In this document: piece by piece, positions 59,100-64,000 of the stretch
Layout of the letters: each line of letters opens with the position of its first letter
How positions within the stretch are numbered: the first letter of the stretch is position 1
NCBI GenBank assembly: GCA_048013815.1
Contig: CM106586.1
Location: 10,664,001 to 10,728,000 of the forward strand
Direction: 5' to 3'
DNA length: 64,000 nt
Origin: Setoptus koraiensis
Lineage: Eukaryota > Animalia > Arthropoda
Position numbers and translations under genes: made by a program
The notes under the pieces: generated by a model
The model's input: only the letters and a program-made list of their open reading frames with translations
The model's database searches: none
Told to the model about the DNA's origin: nothing

Positions 59100-61500
59100 T
59101 ACTCACAGACTAACAGTAACAGTGACGTTAATTGATCAGAGCTTTCACCAGATCAAATTTTGCCTCGTTCGGATAGATAGATTTCTTTTCATTTTTCCTC
59201 AAAGGATGCTCGTTTGACCTTTTGATTCTTCGACAATCTTCCCATAGACAATATGGCAATAATTTTTATGTCTATAGGCAACGAAAGTGACCTTCTCACT
59301 ACGCGCATCCAGCTCATCGTCTTGTTGAGCCCCTCAAACTCCCCGTTTGTTCTAGAAATGTAAGTGGTCAACTGGTTCAGTTGAAAGAACCGGATATTTT
59401 TTGTCGATCGAAAACCGAAACCAAACCGAAACCGAACAGTTCACCGACTATCGGCAGCACATCACGGCTCCGGTCATCAAATGCCGGCAATTTTAAGCGA
59501 AACTCATTCGATAATCGGATATATATTTCGAATATGGTATTTTGCATATAGAAGTGGGTAATCAAATTACTTATGTTCCGAGGCTTTTCTGTCTGTGAGA
59601 CTGGGCTGTTTCTGCCGGCTTTCATCAACGACAAGAAAATATCTGCAAGGCACGGCTGCCTAAGTCCGGAGATTATTGAGTCATTTTGCATAACTGTAAA
59701 ATAGCCCGTTGACTTTCGGACTTAACCTCAGTCGAATTCTAACAGAATTAGACTTCCCAGTTCAGCTCTACAATCTTCATCATATCCTGCAGTTGTATCG
59801 GGCTTGCGGTTGACATGTCTCCAGTTGAGTATGAATAAACGAGCAGTCTCACGAACAAGCAGCTAAAAAAGGTTTCGAGCGAATGTTTTCCTTTGCAGCA
59901 AATTCACTTTTGTACTTTTGTATCTTGTAAAACGGTTTGATGGGCGGCTGTGCTTGTTGCTGCATAGTCTAAACAAAAGAATAACACCAATGAGACTAAC
60001 CCCTGTTTCGCAAATGACACAAATTGTAACCATTCTATCGATTGGTCAATTCTTTTTTCTTGACATCAAATTTAATACTCTCTGGTCGCTCTCTAATTAT
60101 ATTCTTGCACACATACTAGTGTCCTTCATATAAAGACACTGTGACTCAAGTATACCAGCATGATCTCAGTGCGCAATAATCCCCTCCGTTAGTTTAATCC
60201 AACCATTCTTCTCCATTATCTAGCTGGGCAACCTAGTCAGATATCCTATTACTTGGCAAGCTCGGTTGGTCGTCCTCTGGTGAACAAGAGATAAGCGCCA
60301 CTGGTTGTGTTACAAGTTGGCCGATTAGTAAATGAGGCTCCTCCTGCTCAAATTTTACACTTTGTTGTTTATTGTGTTCACAGGAAAAGGGCCGGGGTAT
60401 TTTACAGCTCCTTACAATGACAATTACAACAATAAACAGTAATGAGCTGCAGAGGCTTTAAAATTTGATGCCCCGTAGGGATTGGTCCCCGTCACGTAGG
60501 TCATGCGATTCTTTGCGGCCTTGTTATTTAATATATAACATAACTGGGTCATGGAGTGTGTTCGATGATGCTGATATACCATGACTGTATTGAGTGCTCC
60601 GAGAGGTCATTACCATTATGCTCTTGGTCAACAGTAGCAGACAACTAACTAATCCATAAGAATCGGTATGAAAATAGGGTAGCGCAGGCATTCATTTGAA
60701 TTTCACACAGGATACTTTCTGCTTTGCTGATGTGTCCTTAGGACCATTCATTTTCGTGTTCTCTTACGAAAATTAACGATTGATAACTCTTATGTATTAT
60801 CAAATCAATAACTAATTGAATATGCGACACGCAGGGTTGCCAGCGATTTTGCGGAGGCAACTGAGTCAATCTGGCCATGCGATTCCACAAGTGTCGCCCC
60901 TCGATACACTCATAGTGTAGCGTGCCAAGACACCGACAGGTTGAATAATTACTTATTGACATGACTAAAGAAGGAATTTATTCAATATGAGATGTCCTAC
61001 ATAGAGTTTCAATAATGACACGCGGCCCCCATCTATTGTAAGATTGTTTATTAGTGAATGAGATAATGATAATGATCGTAAGCCACCCGCCTGAATGGGG
61101 TGCTCTACTCATTATTTCATTATAAATAGCTAACGCATCAAATGGATAGCTTCTTCACGTGCACTACTTCCGTTCACACTTGCAGATACAACGATACTGA
61201 TGGACCCTCCACGGTCCTCATCTACATTTGAAAAATTATTTTTGCATTTGATATTCAGATAACAGAAATAAGAAGTCATGGGCTTCAAAAGAGAATTTCG
61301 TGAGATTACTGATGACTCCATGAAACTGTCTGCCGGATGCCATGTTTGTTCATGAACCAACGGGTATCCAAGTCGACACCAGATATTTCATATGATACAA
61401 GACCATACAATTATCAGATCTAACTCCCCAACAAACACGCTAGAAGGAACGATAACAGTCTGGTACACAAGACTTCCGTATCTTTGTACAGTTTCTCATT
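59100..61500. pseudogene. AT-richer stretch with fragmented, unassignable ORFs; possible decayed gene(s) or promoter/lncRNA region
   Basis: Composition returns to that of the gene-dense blocks, but only ORFs of ~105 aa or less with no recognisable motif are present. Confidence 0.25.
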
Positions 61501-61595
61501 TCGACAACGAGTCGATTGATCTATCCAAAATCTTAAATCTCGGTAAGAACAAAATAATTGAAGAAATTAATGTTCATAAAGATAGTCATTTATTA

Positions 61596-62753
61596 TTACT
61601 TGGTCTTGGATTGCTTCACAAGAGACTCCTCTTCTTTGAGCAACTTGGTTAAGACGGCTAAATTTTGTTTGTGCTTCTTACTAGCCTCGTGATTCTGCAG
61701 TGATTTGGCCGACCTGAAATCTTTATTGCAAGCCAGGCAAAAGAAATCTGGCTCTTCATCCTCTACTTCGCTCTCCACTTCGTTTTCATCACCTGCAGTC
61801 GAATCAGCAAGATCGGGCTTTTGTGTCAACGATTCTTCTTCATCATCATCCACTGTAGAGCTATTAGCACCACGATTTTTACTTGTAGTTACATTCTGTC
61901 CCTCCACATTATCATATTGAGCCTCAAGTTTGCGAAGCTCTTCTTCCAATGAGTCAACGTCGTGCCATTGTGTTGCTTTGTAATCTGCTATCTCCTTGGC
62001 TTGTTTTTCCCTCTGTTGACGCTGCTTTTCGGCAGTTTTCAGTCTATTCTGCTGAACTTGTTTGTCCACAGAAACTTTGTAGGCTTTGATACGTTTATCT
62101 CTCTTCTTAACAAACTCTACTAATGCACGGACTCTGTCATTGCGTTCTTTTTTAGCTGGGTCTTTGAGTTTTTTATTTTCTTTTTCCATCAATCTTAGAA
62201 TCCTTCTATTTTCTGCCTCCGTAATGTTGTATTTATCAAGAAAATCGAACGTCATCTTCGTGCAGAAACTTGACCAGAAGGCATAGAATTTTCGTACAAC
62301 ATCTACGTAAGACGATTCGGACGTTCCGAAAGTCGGAAATTCATCCTCTAATTTGGCATCTTCGTCCATATATACGATCTCTTCCTTGCTAATTTGCTGG
62401 AATACATTTCTGTATACTGTGTAGAAACCGTCGGGTGAGTCGTCATAACAGGCAAAACACGACGAGGAGAAAAAAGGAAACAGATCTAGACATTTGTCAA
62501 TCACCTCATCTTTGTTGCTACCAGCCAAAATTTGATCCTTGTGCCTGTCATACCAAGATCTCTCGCGGACATCGCTCAGCGTCTCATAAGCTTTGTGGAT
62601 AGACAAGAATTTTGAGTGGGCCTCATCGGAATTGTCGTGATTTTTGTCAGGATGCCATTTTAAGGCCAGGCTTCTGTAGGCTCTTTTGATATCATCCTCC
62701 GAGGAATCCTGGCTGACTCCTAGAATTTCGTAGTAGCATTGGGCGCGCGGCAT
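61596..62753 (-). CDS. DNAJC21: DnaJ homolog subfamily C member 21 (Jjj1-like), 385 aa
   Basis: J domain with HPD ([10 protein letters not shown]), ER.WYD.H...IL, GFY.VYR.VF, NR...RLMEKENKK...[17 protein letters not shown], and a C2H2 finger [10 protein letters not shown]...LQNHE.SKKH. Confidence 0.95.
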   Translation of the reverse strand: MPRAQCYYEILGVSQDSSEDDIKRAYRSLALKWHPDKNHDNSDEAHSKFLSIHKAYETLSDVRERSWYDRHKDQILAGSNKDEVIDKCLDLFPFFSSSCFACYDDSPDGFYTVYRNVFQQISKEEIVYMDEDAKLEDEFPTFGTSESSYVDVVRKFYAFWSSFCTKMTFDFLDKYNITEAENRRILRLMEKENKKLKDPAKKERNDRVRALVEFVKKRDKRIKAYKVSVDKQVQQNRLKTAEKQRQQREKQAKEIADYKATQWHDVDSLEEELRKLEAQYDNVEGQNVTTSKNRGANSSTVDDDEEESLTQKPDLADSTAGDENEVESEVEDEEPDFFCLACNKDFRSAKSLQNHEASKKHKQNLAVLTKLLKEEESLVKQSKTK

Positions 62754-63234
62754 CTGGACAATTATGGATTATTTTTGTTACTGTCAACTCTATAAATTCT
62801 TCATCTCCCAGAGAAATTCATTTATTATTGATTATTTATCTTTGAGCAGCTGACTGGTAATCATTGCTGCCAAAGAAAAAAAAACATTCAAATTCAAAAG
62901 TCGCGCTAAGTGCGGGAGATAGTGACCTTTTCTCGTACCTCGTTATCATCGTGCTTTACTTATTTCTGTAAATAATAATCAGAGCGTACATAATTTTCAA
63001 TCACGGATCGGATTCACCCTACAAAAATGCTCTGATCAATCCTCGATAGTAGCAAAATAATATTATGGTTGATATAAGACGAATAAAAAGTTTATTATAC
63101 TTCTATAGACGTAACATCGCGTTTCCTACAATCTTTGGCATCCCCATATTCATCGATTGGAATCATACTAGAAAGTGGAAACAAGAGCGTCGAGCTAAGT
63201 TGAGTTTATCAAGCTAATCCCCCAAGTTACTTTA

Positions 63235-63522
63235 ATGCCTGCTGGTCAATCTTGGGCTTTGCCGTCCGGTTTTTGGACTGAAGGCCCAAAGAGACCCATT
63301 GGCTTCAAATCATGGAGTTATCGTGCAAATGTACTGTTCACCTTTGCTGTCGCCTCAGTAGGAGCTGTGGCTACCTTTACAGCAATCTGCCAATTTATGG
63401 CATACTCTAGGCGAACTCAAATGGGCCACTTCAAAGGAAAATCGCTCATATATAAAGGAAGTATGATACTATCTCACGAGGTTCCACCAGTAGTCGAAAA
63501 TAAAGAGGCTCTTGTAGAATAA
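63235..63522 (+). CDS. Small single-pass membrane protein of unknown family (95 aa)
   Basis: Clean ORF between two housekeeping genes; one hydrophobic segment VLFTFAVASVGAVATFTAICQFMAY; followed by AATAAA near 63541. Confidence 0.55.
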   Translation: MPAGQSWALPSGFWTEGPKRPIGFKSWSYRANVLFTFAVASVGAVATFTAICQFMAYSRRTQMGHFKGKSLIYKGSMILSHEVPPVVENKEALVE

Positions 63523-63612
63523 GCGAGTCGCGTTAGTTGTAATAAACTTTAGTAAACATTATAGAAAAAAGATTTATTATTGACTTAACTACATTATAAA
63601 GGCGTAAATTTA

Positions 63613-64000
63613 CTACATTCCGTATCCTCCCATACCACCCATGCCGCCCATTCCACCGCCCATGCCTCCCATATCGGGTTTGTCTTTGTTGGGTAGGTCA
63701 ACAATAACGGTCTCTGTGGTTGCGAGAAGCGAGGCGACACCGGCAGCATCCATAAGGGCAGTTCTGACGACTTTGGTGGGATCGATAATACCCGCTTGAA
63801 TCAAGTTGCAGTACTCTCCTTTCATGGCATCATAACCGAATGCTGCTTCATTGTTATCCTGAACTGTCTTAAGTACGCGACTGACGTCGACACCGGCATT
63901 ACGTGCAATAGTGGCACAAGGAACTGTGAGCGATAGCCTGATAATACTAACACCAACTCTTTGATCTTCGTTGATTGGTTTCAACTCGTCTAGGGCTGGA
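63613..64000 (-). CDS. HSP60: Mitochondrial chaperonin HSP60, 3' part (gene runs off the window)
   Basis: [37 protein letters not shown] and a GGM-repeat tail; the frame stays open to base 64000. Confidence 0.97.
   Translation of the reverse strand, partial: PALDELKPINEDQRVGVSIIRLSLTVPCATIARNAGVDVSRVLKTVQDNNEAAFGYDAMKGEYCNLIQAGIIDPTKVVRTALMDAAGVASLLATTETVIVDLPNKDKPDMGGMGGGMGGMGGMGGYGM

Larger units (their letters stand above)
26400..59100. other. ~33-kb GC/CpG-rich island without recognisable coding sequence, rich in micro/minisatellites and palindromes; possible 5' intron/regulatory domain of the GPCR
   Basis: No ORF with a recognisable domain; many short overlapping ORFs in all frames; abundant GGCC/GGGCCC and (CA)n, (GA)n, (CAA)n, (CTG)n tracts; sharp compositional change at both ends. 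Confidence 0.7.

Noticed and set aside
47919-60165. Partial matches to conserved miRNAs (miR-283-like AAATATCAGCT near 47919; bantam-like TGAGATCAT on the minus strand near 60160)
   Set aside because: Only 9-11 nt match and no precursor hairpin surrounds them.
63613-64000. Bacterial groEL (endosymbiont or horizontal transfer)
   Set aside because: It sits among eukaryotic genes with matching composition, no groES or operon context is visible in the window, and the sequence fits mitochondrial HSP60.
1-64000. tRNA, rRNA and canonical snRNA genes (U1, U2, U4, U5, U6)
   Set aside because: No T-loop/cloverleaf or diagnostic conserved sequences were found by eye; tRNAscan-SE and Infernal would be needed to exclude diverged copies.

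Overview
Eukaryotic, intron-poor, gene-dense DNA. Inference: an arthropod, most consistent with a streamlined mite genome such as an eriophyoid. The window has three parts. (1) 0.5-26 kb, AT-richer, holds 12 closely packed genes: LMBRD2, an EOGT-like/mucin fusion, a two-HTH orphan, a PSMG4-like gene and its ~99% identical inverted copy, a short RBBP6, an SNX19-like gene (2 introns), SPF27/BCAS2, a Bcl-2 family gene (1 intron), NAT10, a CDCA3-like gene and a 1372-aa proctolin/FMRFamide-receptor-like GPCR. (2) ~26.4-59 kb is a GC/CpG-rich island with no recognisable protein. It contains microsatellites, more than 15 unrelated minisatellites, at least 15 GGGGCCCC octamers and several long near-perfect hairpins, plus an AT-rich insert of decayed-gene appearance at ~40-43 kb. 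It lies 5' of the GPCR and may be its 5' intron/regulatory domain. (3) 59-64 kb has a fragmented-ORF stretch, DNAJC21, a small membrane ORF and the 3' end of HSP60. Best leads: the hairpin-rich island (candidate novel small-RNA precursors), the probable pseudo-enzyme EOGT-mucin fusion, and the young chimeric PSMG4 duplicate. All family calls come from motif recognition by eye; no database searches were run.
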